From Balneolales bacterium (GTDB lineage: Bacteria; Bacteroidota; Rhodothermia; Balneolales; Natronogracilivirgulaceae), in the NCBI GenBank assembly GCA_007135895.1, contig SLHZ01000287.1, positions 1-31,011 of the forward strand: a DNA stretch of 31,011 nt, read 5' to 3'. Below are positions 1-10,500 of this stretch, in pieces. The translations under genes were made by a program, and so were the position numbers. Each line of letters begins with the position of its first letter. The stretch's first letter is position 1. The notes beneath the pieces are model-generated. The model ran no database searches and was not told the DNA's origin. It worked only from the letters and a program-made list of their open reading frames with translations.

Positions 1-3000
1 AAGAATTCATCGGGTCCGTCAAGATAACCGAACACGCGCGTTCGCATCTGAATACGCTGTGAAGCGAGCATAAAACCGTAGCGCAGTTCCGCCTCCATGG
101 AGTGGTTGTGAAACTGATCGTAAATAGGAATGAGTGTCCCGTCCCGTATGTCATAAGAGTCGAGCAGTTCGCTTGGTTCATACCGGTAGCGTATGATGCC
201 TCTCCAACCTAAGGGGGCGATATCACGATGCGGTTCCGGATACGTGAGATTGAAGATCCAGGCCGTTGTCCAGGTAGAACCCGAATAATAGCGTGAAGTC
301 GATCCCGGGATCTCCTGCCGGTACTCCCTTGAATAGAATGATTCGGTGGATACCCGGTAAGGGCTGTAGTGATAGCCGAGTTCAAGCAGGCTCCAGCGAT
401 TCAGCTTGCTGATAAGGCTGACCTCCAGCTGCCACATGTTGTAGGCGATATCGGTGGCGGTGGTATCCGGCAGACAGGCTGTACAGGGGAACTCCTCAAT
501 CTGGAGGCCATCCTGTACGTTTCTCCTGATATTGAAAAATGCCAGTGAGACGGTGGGAGACCAGTGCCGCTTGATGAACGGGAGTCCGGCATATTCCACT
601 TCAAGGAACAGGTCGCGGTCCAGACTGACCAGCCTCCCGGGCGCAAAGAAATTGCTTACACCGTCACTGGAGCGTGATCCGGGGCCAAAGAGAGCACCAC
701 CGAAAATACTGAACCGTTCGCGCATCTCCCGTGATGCAAAGTAGGCGCCGGTTTTGAAGTCACGCCACATATTCGCGCCGAAGTCACCATATTCTCCGGA
801 TCTGAGCAGGGTGGTGTTGCTTCCACGCATACGGGAATAGGTATCAAGCCGGAAGACGGGATAAAACTGGAAAGAGGTAAACTGGTCTTCGTAGCGGTAG
901 AGCTGCCGTTCAGACGATGAGCCTCTTGTCGGAAGCTGAAAAGTATAGGGTGTGTGTGCGCTGTTTTCCTTGACAGCGGATTTCAGCGGTTTGATATCCG
1001 TGTCGTCATAGTCATTGAGATTCCATGAGGAGTCATGTGCAGGATATCTCTGTGAATATCCCGCATCAGAAGCATGAAATGACGAGGTGACCACATCAAA
1101 TATCATTTCAGTGAGATCCAATAAAGCGATTTTGTATCCGTCGGAGCGGTATTCTGAATAGAGGAGCAGCTCGTTTTCCGGATGGGGAGAGGGCATGAAG
1201 GCGCCTCCGGCGACGTTGGTGATCCGGTAAATCTGTTTGTCGGTAAAATCAAGGCGGTACACATTAAAAGCTCCGGAGATATCGGCACTGAAATAGAGGT
1301 AGCGCCCGTCGGGGCTCAGGACAGGATCTCTGAAATCGACGGATTCATCTGCAAGGACGGGTTCTGCCGGATAGGTCCTGCCGGGCTGATCCTCTCCGTA
1401 AGCTCGAAACAGGCCGGATGCGGGAAGCTCTATCTCTATTCGTCCGATATTCCGGTTTCCCGTGCTGGAGTAGGCGAAATAGATAGATTGGCCGGATGGA
1501 TGCCATACCGGCCGGTAAACCTGTTCTCCATTCCGGAAATCAGTCAGCCGGATCAGAGAGTCTTTTTCGACATGATAGAGGAAGAGGTTGGTGGACCCGT
1601 CCTCGATTTTCCCGGCAACAATCGTTTTCCCGTCGGGACTCCATGCGGGATCCTGGAGCCGTTGGTTGCGGGTCAGCCGCCGGCTTTTTCCGGTTTCCAT
1701 ATCGTAGAGGTGGAGGTCCCTGTACTGTTCACCATAGCGGTTGAGGGATGCTCTGCTGTAGGCAATGCTGCTGCCGTCCGGGGAGAAGCTGAAAGAGGTC
1801 TCAAGGCGCCGGAGCAGGGTCTGGTTTAAATGACACGAAAACATGTGTTGGCCGCCGGTGCGGTGTTGCTGATTACCTCCTGATGCATGGAATCGGCGGG
1901 CGGACATATTGTTGTCCGGGTGGCTGGCCTGTTCGTAGATAAGGTTTTCAAAAGCCGTCGATTCAATGGCATGGCCAGTATCTTCGATATCTCTGAGGAT
2001 AAGTTTGGCCACGGCGCTGTAAGTTTCCTTGTTGGAAAGGTAGGCCAGCTGCTTGCCATCGGGATGGAAAACCGGGTGCATATTGAAAAAACCTTTGGTT
2101 TCGACCCACGTCCGGTTGTCCGGCTGGCTGTCCCGGCCTTCCATAAAAATATCATAACGGGCTTTCCGGTCTGCGATCCAGTCATCAAAGAGCTCCGTTC
2201 CGGGAATACCGGTGGCCTGTTCAATGGCCTTGTCGACGTCATGGGTTCCCCGTTGGCTGAATATGCGCGTAATATCGGCCAGTGCCTGTTCTCCGAGACG
2301 TTCTGCTATGTAGCGGGTAAAATCAAAGCCCTGGTTATAGACAAGCTCTCTTTCAAGGGCTGTTTTGGAATAGAAGGTCCCCATCTTTTCCAGTCCCAGA
2401 TAAGTGCCGTCCAGGATGCGGGTGCGTAAAAGCATGTCACGGTGGCTGTCCCAGTCATCATAAAAGATATTGGCACGCATGAACTGGGCGGTGCCTTCGG
2501 CAAGCCAGGCCGGCATGGTGATGCCGGATAGTGGATAGGAAATGATGGTATTCGGGAAGCCGTAGAGTACATCGGGTCGCCGGACCTCTTCGTAGGAGAG
2601 CCATTGCAGATAGGTCGCCGGATGGCGGCGGCTGTTCTTCATGGCGGCCTGAAGCTGGATAATGTGGGTGAACTCATGGGTAATCACATTGCGCAGCCAG
2701 TCATGTGTTCCCCTGAGCGGTGTATCGAGGGAAGGCAGCCAGATTTCAATTTTGTTATCATAAAAGAAAGCTGCGCCATTGGAGTAATCCAGCCGGTCGA
2801 TAAGGAGAATGCTGATTTTATGATCGGGCTCATGATTGTACAACTCCGTGATGGGAATGTAGATTTCCTCGGCTATCCGTGATATCACCTGAGCCGGCCG
2901 GCTGTTGCCCTCCTGAAAATGGACCAGGAAGTGGTCGCTTTCAATAGTATACCATTCCAGATGATGATAGGGGTAATTATAGAATACCGGGTTGCGCTGA

Positions 3001-3068
3001 GCCTGCAGATCTGCTGTAGTGATCAATAGGACCAGGATTGTGAGACCGGTGGCAACGACGCATCGCAT
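1..3068 (-). CDS. Secreted multidomain outer-membrane protein, 3'-truncated by the window edge (>1022 aa): signal peptide, gluzincin/peptidase MA-like domain, PD40/WD40-like beta-propeller, probable Omp85/BamA-type beta-barrel
   Basis: Manual translation shows a frame open from ATG 3068 (alternative in-frame ATG 3146) to the window edge with no stop. It is absent from the ORF track. N-terminus is MRCVVATGLTILVLLITTADLQAQ. Zinc motif THEFTH (HEFTH 2664-2678) is followed by PAWLAEGTAQF (E at 2496-2498). Propeller repeats are FHPDGKQLAYLSN, FSFSPDGSSIAYS, PAWSPDGKTIV, PVWHPSGQSIYFA and PVLSPDGRYLYFSAD. The C-terminal part has alternating aromatic beta-strands and HRDIAPLGWRGIIRY. The barrel identity is inferred because its end lies outside the window. 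Confidence 0.88.
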   Translation of the reverse strand, partial: MRCVVATGLTILVLLITTADLQAQRNPVFYNYPYHHLEWYTIESDHFLVHFQEGNSRPAQVISRIAEEIYIPITELYNHEPDHKISILLIDRLDYSNGAAFFYDNKIEIWLPSLDTPLRGTHDWLRNVITHEFTHIIQLQAAMKNSRRHPATYLQWLSYEEVRRPDVLYGFPNTIISYPLSGITMPAWLAEGTAQFMRANIFYDDWDSHRDMLLRTRILDGTYLGLEKMGTFYSKTALERELVYNQGFDFTRYIAERLGEQALADITRIFSQRGTHDVDKAIEQATGIPGTELFDDWIADRKARYDIFMEGRDSQPDNRTWVETKGFFNMHPVFHPDGKQLAYLSNKETYSAVAKLILRDIEDTGHAIESTAFENLIYEQASHPDNNMSARRFHASGGNQQHRTGGQHMFSCHLNQTLLRRLETSFSFSPDGSSIAYSRASLNRYGEQYRDLHLYDMETGKSRRLTRNQRLQDPAWSPDGKTIVAGKIEDGSTNLFLYHVEKDSLIRLTDFRNGEQVYRPVWHPSGQSIYFAYSSTGNRNIGRIEIELPASGLFRAYGEDQPGRTYPAEPVLADESVDFRDPVLSPDGRYLYFSADISGAFNVYRLDFTDKQIYRITNVAGGAFMPSPHPENELLLYSEYRSDGYKIALLDLTEMIFDVVTSSFHASDAGYSQRYPAHDSSWNLNDYDDTDIKPLKSAVKENSAHTPYTFQLPTRGSSSERQLYRYEDQFTSFQFYPVFRLDTYSRMRGSNTTLLRSGEYGDFGANMWRDFKTGAYFASREMRERFSIFGGALFGPGSRSSDGVSNFFAPGRLVSLDRDLFLEVEYAGLPFIKRHWSPTVSLAFFNIRRNVQDGLQIEEFPCTACLPDTTATDIAYNMWQLEVSLISKLNRWSLLELGYHYSPYRVSTESFYSREYRQEIPGSTSRYYSGSTWTTAWIFNLTYPEPHRDIAPLGWRGIIRYRYEPSELLDSYDIRDGTLIPIYDQFHNHSMEAELRYGFMLASQRIQMRTRVFGYLDGPDEF

Positions 3069-3159
3069 GGAAGCCGCGGCATGCAGGTAACGCAGCCAGC
3101 ATTTGCCGGGAAGAGATAAGCGCGCATGTGGTCGGGAACAGGTCATTCCGGTTTTGGTA

Positions 3160-6100
3160 TCAGCGGTTAACAACGATTTTGATCAGGGAGGATTCGCTTT
3201 TGGAACCGTTGCCGGCTCTGACGCGGGCGAAGTAGATGCCATTGCCCCAGGAGGAGGTATTCAGCCGGACTTCCTGCGGATACTGCCCGGGTGTTTCGGT
3301 TGTATGTTCGAAGACGGTTCGTCCGGCCGGATGCATGACAGTGATGTCGATGCGGGCCGGTTCAGAGGTCATGAATCGAATATGGGTGTGATCGGTTGCC
3401 GGGTTGGGCCAGTTGTATGTTTCCTGCTTGTTAAGGAGTCCGAAGTCTTCAGGCGGCCTTGCTGTCTGCCGGGCGTTCTTTCCCGCCTTATTGCCGGGCT
3501 GGGGTCCGTAGACACGGCCCCAGGCGATGGTGCCCCGCTCGGGCAGGTTCCATGCCTTGACTTCACCTCCGGGGGCCACTGAAATCAGATATTCGCCGGC
3601 GATAAGCAGCGGTGGTGGCTGATGGCCGTCCGGGTCGGCACTTCCGGCCAGCAGGGGGAAGTCCTCAATGAGTTCTGCGAAGCGGTTGTAAGCCCGGATG
3701 CTGATGTTCAATGTGTCCGATGCCGCAATGATTAACTCAAGATGCCCGTCACCGGTAAGGTCGGCCAGAAGCGGAGAGCCAATGTAACGGTTTTCGTATC
3801 TGGCCTGCAGCGGGAAGTGGTCAAGCAGAGCGCCATAGCGGTTCAAACCAAGGAGCCTCTTGCCATCATCATCGGTGAAAAAAAGATCAAGGCTGTTGTC
3901 ACCGGTCCAGTCACCCAATGCAGGCCAGGAGAGGTTGTTTCCCTCGTAGACGACATCAAGCTGCCATTCCCGGGAGCTGTTTTTTTTGATGAGGCAGAGG
4001 CGGTGGTCGGTTAGCAGGAAAAAAGCGGGGTCGTCATCACCGCTGAAGCGGATATTGCCGGTGTATTTTCGCAGGGACACCCGGTCCTGCTGGTCGAGAT
4101 CATAAAAGAATGATCCATCGGAAATCTCAAAACGGTCGTTGAGCAGGAAGGAAAACAGTCCGTTTGTTTCGGCGCTTTGCTGGTATGCACCGCTGAAATC
4201 GTCCAGGAGAGATCCTTCTTCTGTGAAGCGAGCAGGCGTCAGATCGGCATGGATCTCATTGACACCCGTACTGCTGACCAGGCCGGGTCCGGATGGTATA
4301 TTCCGCAGTGGCTGGGGCCATGCGGGGAGCCACTGGTCGTTTTCATAGATCCATGACCGGATCTCCTGAGGGGTGGTTCCATGGCCTGTTTGTCCTGAGA
4401 TGATCCGATTTTCCCTGATGAGCGGAGAGGAGGGCCATGGATGTTCCAGGAAAGTATGGGGCTCGTCGTTTGCGGGAAATGGAGCGATAAAGAAACCATC
4501 GGGTGAGGGCAGAAGCAACTGGTTGCCGTCAGGATTGGAAATCAGCTCCGGGCTGACGGGGAAGGCGGTTGTTTCAGGGGGAAAGACCGGTCTGGTTAGC
4601 CATGCCGGCTGTGGGGAGTCAACGGGCCGTGTCCAGATGCCGGGAAGAGAGCGGGCGTAAAACCAGGCAATGTCGAGGTTGTCTGAAAAATCAAAAAACT
4701 CGAAAAAGGACGGACTTCCGGTGTTGCTGTGATTGGAGGGACGCGTATCGGGTCCGAACCGGTTTTCATAGGCAACAATGCTGTCCCCTGTGGCGGTGAT
4801 GACGGTAAAGTCATTGCCAGACCACCAGAAGTCGAAAGCGTGTCCGTTCACGAAGCGATCTTGTCCGGGCAGCGGCGGCCGGCCAATGTCTCTGGAACCA
4901 TCGGCTTCGACCAGCTGGACTCCCCGGCGGTCACGGTCGGCATTTACCCGGTTTTGACTGATCGTTCTTCGTATTACAGCCTCGTCGATATGCCATATCA
5001 GGATGCCGCCATTGAGGATCCGGTCGTCATGATCTCCCCGTGCGTCTTCCTCGTCGAAATCGGGGCCACCGGGCAGACTCCAGTCGAAGTTGCTGACATT
5101 GGTGATAACGCCGGGTTCAAGGATCTCATCGTATCGTGAGATATCGAAGGGATCGAATCGCGCATCATCCGGTTCAATAAAGCGGGTGACAGTACGTCCG
5201 TCGGGTGTACGAATGGTCAGTTCGAGAGGTTCGAGGTCCGGATTTCGATGTCGGTTCTCAATGAGGAAGTATTCATCGTCGGATATGCGGTGCCGTGCTA
5301 TGCTTAAATCCTGTTGCATGGAGGCGGCCGGCAGCATAATGGGCTGGCTGGTATCGAGGGTGATGTCGAAGGGTTCGGCCCATCCGAGATGGATTTTTTC
5401 CCAGGCGGAGGGCTCCGGAGGAAACAGACCACGGTAGGAGAAGATGGAGGCTCCGTCCATGAGTCCGAACCGGCCGATAGCCGAAGCGCCGGTCCGGGTG
5501 TCAAACAGGTCGGGCAGGCCGAGGAAGCTGCCGATATTAGCGACGAGGATGCCATTGATGGAGAGCTGGAGTACGTATTCGGTTCCGGTGATGTCTTCAC
5601 CGGCGCGGGACTGGGTTTGCGGGATTAGTGCTGTATTGGTCACACGCAACACCGGATCACCAATATCGAATCCGTCAAATGCAGGATCATCCAGCAGACG
5701 TCCGAGGGCGTTGGTTCCCAGATAGACCGAGGGAATATCCTGGGGTGTTTTATAGAGGCTGGTGCCCATGAGTTCGATATTGCGACCGGCTCCGGCGTGG
5801 AAGATGATAAACATCGTGCGATCCGGGTCGGGGCTCTGGCCGGGAGGCGGACTAACGGGGCCAACGCGGTTCCAGACATCGCGTGCCAGATGTGCGAGTT
5901 TGAAATTTTCTTCACTGGTTTCACCAATCGGGGCATAGTCCCTCATCGGGTGGTCCAGTCGTACCATATCCGGGTGGATATGGTAGGAGATATTCAGCCG
6001 GTTGCCGGAGACGCTTTCAAAGTAGTTTTTGGCAAATTCGAGATGAGCCTCGAAGTGGGTGCGGTTATGGGGCAGGGGGTCGATGACGATGTCGTCACGT

Positions 6101-6351
6101 TGCAGGTAATCCAGATCAAATGTGCCGTCCCCCGATGTAAAGCGGTTTTGTTCGGGCTGGAATTCTGCCATGACGGCGATGATATGCAGGGTATCGCCGG
6201 TATCCATGCCTGCGGGGGCCTCTGCAGAGAGAGCCAGGCTGGTGCTTCTGAAGGTCAACTCTGCCGGAGGAGATGCCCCGGCAGTGTAACTGAAAAACAG
6301 GAGAAGGGGGAAATAACAGATAAATCTGCTTCTCCGGAAGCATGGAAGCAT
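3160..6351 (-). CDS. T9SS cargo protein (1063 aa): M6/immune inhibitor A-like domain with degenerate zinc site, FG-GAP-like repeats, type A C-terminal sorting domain
   Basis: Signal peptide. M6-like motifs IIFHAGAG, LGLPDLFD, GRFGLMD and PSAWEKIHLGW, then EYFLIENR and GILIWHIDE. Ca-blade repeats LGDWTGDNSLDLFF and LADLTGDGHLELII. CTD with YNWPNP...GIYFARV...KIVV. Confidence 0.85.
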   Translation of the reverse strand: MLPCFRRSRFICYFPLLLFFSYTAGASPPAELTFRSTSLALSAEAPAGMDTGDTLHIIAVMAEFQPEQNRFTSGDGTFDLDYLQRDDIVIDPLPHNRTHFEAHLEFAKNYFESVSGNRLNISYHIHPDMVRLDHPMRDYAPIGETSEENFKLAHLARDVWNRVGPVSPPPGQSPDPDRTMFIIFHAGAGRNIELMGTSLYKTPQDIPSVYLGTNALGRLLDDPAFDGFDIGDPVLRVTNTALIPQTQSRAGEDITGTEYVLQLSINGILVANIGSFLGLPDLFDTRTGASAIGRFGLMDGASIFSYRGLFPPEPSAWEKIHLGWAEPFDITLDTSQPIMLPAASMQQDLSIARHRISDDEYFLIENRHRNPDLEPLELTIRTPDGRTVTRFIEPDDARFDPFDISRYDEILEPGVITNVSNFDWSLPGGPDFDEEDARGDHDDRILNGGILIWHIDEAVIRRTISQNRVNADRDRRGVQLVEADGSRDIGRPPLPGQDRFVNGHAFDFWWSGNDFTVITATGDSIVAYENRFGPDTRPSNHSNTGSPSFFEFFDFSDNLDIAWFYARSLPGIWTRPVDSPQPAWLTRPVFPPETTAFPVSPELISNPDGNQLLLPSPDGFFIAPFPANDEPHTFLEHPWPSSPLIRENRIISGQTGHGTTPQEIRSWIYENDQWLPAWPQPLRNIPSGPGLVSSTGVNEIHADLTPARFTEEGSLLDDFSGAYQQSAETNGLFSFLLNDRFEISDGSFFYDLDQQDRVSLRKYTGNIRFSGDDDPAFFLLTDHRLCLIKKNSSREWQLDVVYEGNNLSWPALGDWTGDNSLDLFFTDDDGKRLLGLNRYGALLDHFPLQARYENRYIGSPLLADLTGDGHLELIIAASDTLNISIRAYNRFAELIEDFPLLAGSADPDGHQPPPLLIAGEYLISVAPGGEVKAWNLPERGTIAWGRVYGPQPGNKAGKNARQTARPPEDFGLLNKQETYNWPNPATDHTHIRFMTSEPARIDITVMHPAGRTVFEHTTETPGQYPQEVRLNTSSWGNGIYFARVRAGNGSKSESSLIKIVVNR

Positions 6352-6385
6352 TCGGAAGTCAGAAATTGGTGGCCGGATAGTGGTT

Positions 6386-7507
6386 CTAGAAGTTCAGCAG
6401 GGCGGTAAAGCGCAACGTATTGGCAAGCGGGTGATCTTCTTCGATGGTATAAATATAACTGAAGTCGATTCCGAATATGTTATAGCGCAGTCCGGCGCCA
6501 AAAGTGAGGAACTCGCGGGCTCCGTTATTGGGAGACTCGTAGAAATAACCGGCTCTGAGAGCGAAAAGTTTGTCATACCAGTACTCCAAACCAAGACCGA
6601 CCATGATTTGTTCGCTCAGTGGCACATCGACGATCTTTTGACCGTCGTGTCGTGTATAGGTGTCCCATGACCGGAACAGCGCTTCAATGGTGCCCATGGA
6701 CCGGCCTTCTTCATCGTTGCGAGCCATGATCTTGGAGAAGTCGTTGCTCAGGGTGATCGTGTTGAAACCGTTCCGGTCAAGATCCATTTTGTAAGCCCAG
6801 CCAATACGAAGCAGGGTGGGCAGGGGATCTTTTTGCGCCTCATCGGTATACTGAATAGCGGGACCTATATTGGAGAGGTTCAGACCGGCCCGGACTTGTG
6901 CTTCTCGATTGGCGATCATGAAAGGGGTGGAGCGGTAGAGTGTGGCGATATCAAGGCCAACGCTGGTCCCGTTCCGGGCGGTTTGTCCGCTGACATCGGT
7001 TCCGGCAGGTACAAGGTTACTGAAAATGAATCGCAGACCGGTGCCAACGGCAAGGTTTTCATTGACTTTGAAGCCGTAAGAGAATCCGGAGGCCACTTCA
7101 TAGCTGGAGAATTTCCCCAGCTCATTGCCACGCTCGTCTGTCCGCATCTGTTCTCCGAGATTCAGGAAGGTGATATGAGCTCCGATGGTACCGATGCCGT
7201 CGATGTGATATCTTCCCGCCAGGTAATCGTAAAACATATCCACATTGAAGTTGGGCAGCCAGTCGGCATGGGTCAGACTGACTTCGTGCCCTTCCAGGAA
7301 AGCCAGGCCAGCCGGGTTCCAGAAAATAGCTGTAGCGTTATCGGCAATTGCTACTCCTGAGTTGCCCATGCCGGCGGTTCGTGAATCGGGCTCAATCTGA
7401 AGGAAGGGGACGGCAGTGATACCAACCTGAGCTAAAGCAGTGCCAGTGAGGACCGTAAGCCAGGCTCCTGCAGTTAAAAAACAGATAAGGGAGATCTTTT
7501 TCAGCAT
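6386..7507 (-). CDS. porV: Type IX secretion system outer-membrane shuttle PorV (373 aa from ATG 7507)
   Basis: Signal peptide MLKKISLICFLTAGAWLTVLTGTALAQ, then the PorV signature ITAVPFLQIEPDSRTAGMGNSG...WNPAGLAF, SLTHADWL, LRAGYFYES, LTFGAGLRY and NTLRFTALLNF. Lies directly downstream of porU. The ORF-track start at 7690 overlaps porU and is rejected. Confidence 0.93.
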   Translation of the reverse strand: MLKKISLICFLTAGAWLTVLTGTALAQVGITAVPFLQIEPDSRTAGMGNSGVAIADNATAIFWNPAGLAFLEGHEVSLTHADWLPNFNVDMFYDYLAGRYHIDGIGTIGAHITFLNLGEQMRTDERGNELGKFSSYEVASGFSYGFKVNENLAVGTGLRFIFSNLVPAGTDVSGQTARNGTSVGLDIATLYRSTPFMIANREAQVRAGLNLSNIGPAIQYTDEAQKDPLPTLLRIGWAYKMDLDRNGFNTITLSNDFSKIMARNDEEGRSMGTIEALFRSWDTYTRHDGQKIVDVPLSEQIMVGLGLEYWYDKLFALRAGYFYESPNNGAREFLTFGAGLRYNIFGIDFSYIYTIEEDHPLANTLRFTALLNF

Positions 7508-7553
7508 GACAGAAAGTATTCTTGTTGTTGTTTCATGTAAAATAACGCAAAAA

Positions 7554-10500
7554 TCATCTAAAAATGACAAGTCTTTCGATTTTATCTTGAGTTTGTCGAC
7601 CCTGGCCGGTATCGGCTCTGACCTGCAGGTGGTAGAGATAGGTGCCTGATGCCAGACGATGGTTGTCGTCATCACGGCCATGCCAGTCAATGCGCACCAT
7701 ATTGCCGGATGTTATGAGCTGTTCCCTGCGGATGGTGGTCACCGGTTTTCCGCTGAGGGTAAAGATACGGATATTTACATCCATTGGAACCCCCGGCTGA
7801 TTGTGTTCAAAGATAAAATGGGTGAACTGATGCATGGGGTTGGGATAATTATAGACATTGCGGATTTGAAGTTCGCTGCTGTCGAGAACCTGGAAATGAA
7901 TTTCCGCTTCACCGAGGTTATTGAACACATCCCATGCCCTGACCCTGAGTCTGTACGACCCTTCCCTGAGGTTATTGAGCGGGTATTCAATGCGGCCGCT
8001 GGTAAAATCATCCAGGTCACTCAGGTAGTAGTCGTTCAAAACAATGGTATTTCGGCTGGTTTCGTCATTTCTGTCTTCGATGATGGCTACGATTTCATGG
8101 CCTACGCCGGCTCCGGTGGTATTGATGCCGGTGTTGTCGTTGAGCAGGACAATGAGTTGTGGAGCGTCATTGACGATACCCCCGTCGGTGAAAAGCTCGT
8201 CATTGAGATAGATGGTGATATCCGGACCTTTGCCGTCGTCCATGGCATCGGGATTCCGGCTGCGGATACGGAAGCCCGAGTTGGCGCCGGTGGCACTTCC
8301 GGTTTGTTCCCGGGCAAAGACATGCGCACGACCGCTCCGTGTAGAGTAGGAGACATCTTTCGGGATAATGAATTCGCTGCGGAAGGTGCCGGAAGAGACA
8401 GATACGCGTCCGTTGAACAGGGCATCGGTCTGGACGTGATAGCCGCAGTTGTCCAGATAGCAGTCGTTATCGGCGACCCAGGGCAGGTCAGGATATCGAA
8501 CCAGTCTCTTCGCGTCGAAAACACGGATGCTGGCTTCCCCGTTGAAACCGGTGTCGACTGTGCCGTCCGGTCGCAGAATATGGCCGCTGAGGGAGACCCT
8601 GTCGAGGGCCCGGAGTTCAAAAAGGGTGTCGGGCTGCACGGGCAGATCATTTATCTCCGTGATTTCTGCACGGGCTTCGGGCAGGCCGATTCGCATGGCA
8701 GGATCACCAAGAAGGATGAACTTCCGGCTGTTAAAAACAGTGCCGACAGGAGTATTCTTTGTTTCCCTGAAGATGTCGCCCAGTCTTTTGGGCAAGCCGT
8801 CGTCATCACGGCGGGTCATGGCACGGGTCAGGGCGATATTGAGCCCCATGTTGAGAACAGCGGGAGAAGGTGCAGTGAAAACAACCCGGGTGGTAGTGAA
8901 CGCGGCGACGATACCGCCGTCTGGATGTAACAGTAGTTTTTCGGCTCCGGATTGGTCTTCCGTATCATCAAAACGTCCGAACGAGCATGTGGCCGTGACC
9001 ATGATACCAAGCCGGTCGCGATTGTGTAAACGGCCGATATCATCCGAGCTGAATAGCCGCTGGTCCGTGAGGAACTGTTCTGCTCCGTGACCCGAGAAAT
9101 TAAATACCAGTGTGCCGTCATTAATGCGGTCAATCATGGCCTGGGTAGCCTGCGGGACCCGCCGGCCGGCACTGGTGTTTTCAAAGGGGAAGGAAATCTG
9201 GTAGATTTTTTCCAGCCGGATTCCGGTAGCGTCCTGGTCAATTACTTCCGCCGTGCCATCAGCGTTGAAAATGTGAAGGTCGCCGTCATTGGAACGGCCG
9301 GCAACATCGTCATCGGCAATAAAGGTAAAAAGATTTTGCCACTCGCCGCGGTTTCTGTGGTCTTCGTAGGTTTTGATTTTGTCGACCAAAAGGCGGGCTT
9401 CGTCTCGTGTCTGAACCGGAAGGCGGCCCACACCCAGGTCCATCAGATTAATTGGGTTGCCGGGAGTGCTGGCCTGGGGCCAGAGTCCTTCATTATCGCC
9501 CATGAAGGTGAAAAAGTCATCACTGCCATAGCTGTTGGTGCGGTGGATGGACTCTTCGCTCTGGTAGGTGAAGACGAAATTGCGCATGACCGGATTGGCG
9601 ACGATATTTTTGTAGTCGTACGTAGTATCACCAAATAGCAGCAGATACCGGGGCAGAGGTCTTCCGGCAGCACCGGCCCGCAGATAGAGAAAGCGGACAT
9701 AATCCCGTAACGCTGTAAAATCGGGTACACCGCCGTTGAATTCATTGAATATCTGGTTTTGCGTTACAATAACCGGAATGAGACCGTCGCGTTCGAAACG
9801 GTAGCCGGCCAGTCGTTCGGCTTCTTCTGTAAAGGGTTCGGCTGTGATAATGATATAGTCGGGATATACGGAGGGGTTGCGGATATTCTGGTTGGCCATC
9901 TCTTCACCGGCGGGTGGCCGCCGGAAGGTGTCTCTGGCCAGGATACGCTTGCCGGGCAGTGAGGAGTGGATGACGGTGTGCTGCCCTCCCTGAGCCTGCA
10001 CTTCCAGTTTCACGGGCTGGATGGGATCGGTAATATCCAGAACGAAGGGTTCCCGGCTGAAACCGGTCATTAGATAGCGTACCAATTCGCCATTGCCATT
10101 ATCAGGTGAAAGGAAAAGCAGGCGGCCGTTGTGAGCCGAGAGCCGGCGCTCGGCGCGTATCCGGATCCAGTTTACCCAGCCGCGTGATGCGCTGGAGGGA
10201 TTCTCAAACGTAGCGGCAATGGTGATGATGTCGTTCTGAAGTGAAAAACCGGTCAGGGTTTGCCGCAATTCGGCAATTCGGGCAGAAAGATGTGTGGCGG
10301 CCGTCAGGCTTGGGATACTGTTGATGGGAAGGGTTGGCAATGCCGTGCTTCCGTTGACCGTGAAGGAGAATCGGGATGTTTCCAGAGATCGTGCGCCCAT
10401 GGAAAACCAGACTTCAATATCCGAGCCCTGAACGAAACCATGAAGGGTGTCGGTCATGATAACTTGTGAGTGTGAATGAACGGGGTCAAAACCCTGTCCA

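Noticed and set aside
1826-2572. Small minus-strand ORFs 1826-2242 and 2306-2572 in the track
   Set aside because: They are out-of-frame fragments inside the continuous 3068-to-edge reading frame, which carries clear motifs.
7508-7690. 61-aa N-terminal extension of PorV in the ORF track
   Set aside because: It overlaps the porU 3' end and precedes an obvious signal peptide starting at ATG 7507.
7659-8930. 423-aa plus-strand ORF, and similar long antisense ORFs (13538-14848, 20328-21197, 10476-11165, 1182-1829, 5797-6408)
   Set aside because: They lie opposite well-supported minus-strand genes, show no recognisable motifs, and are typical antisense shadows of GC-biased codon usage.
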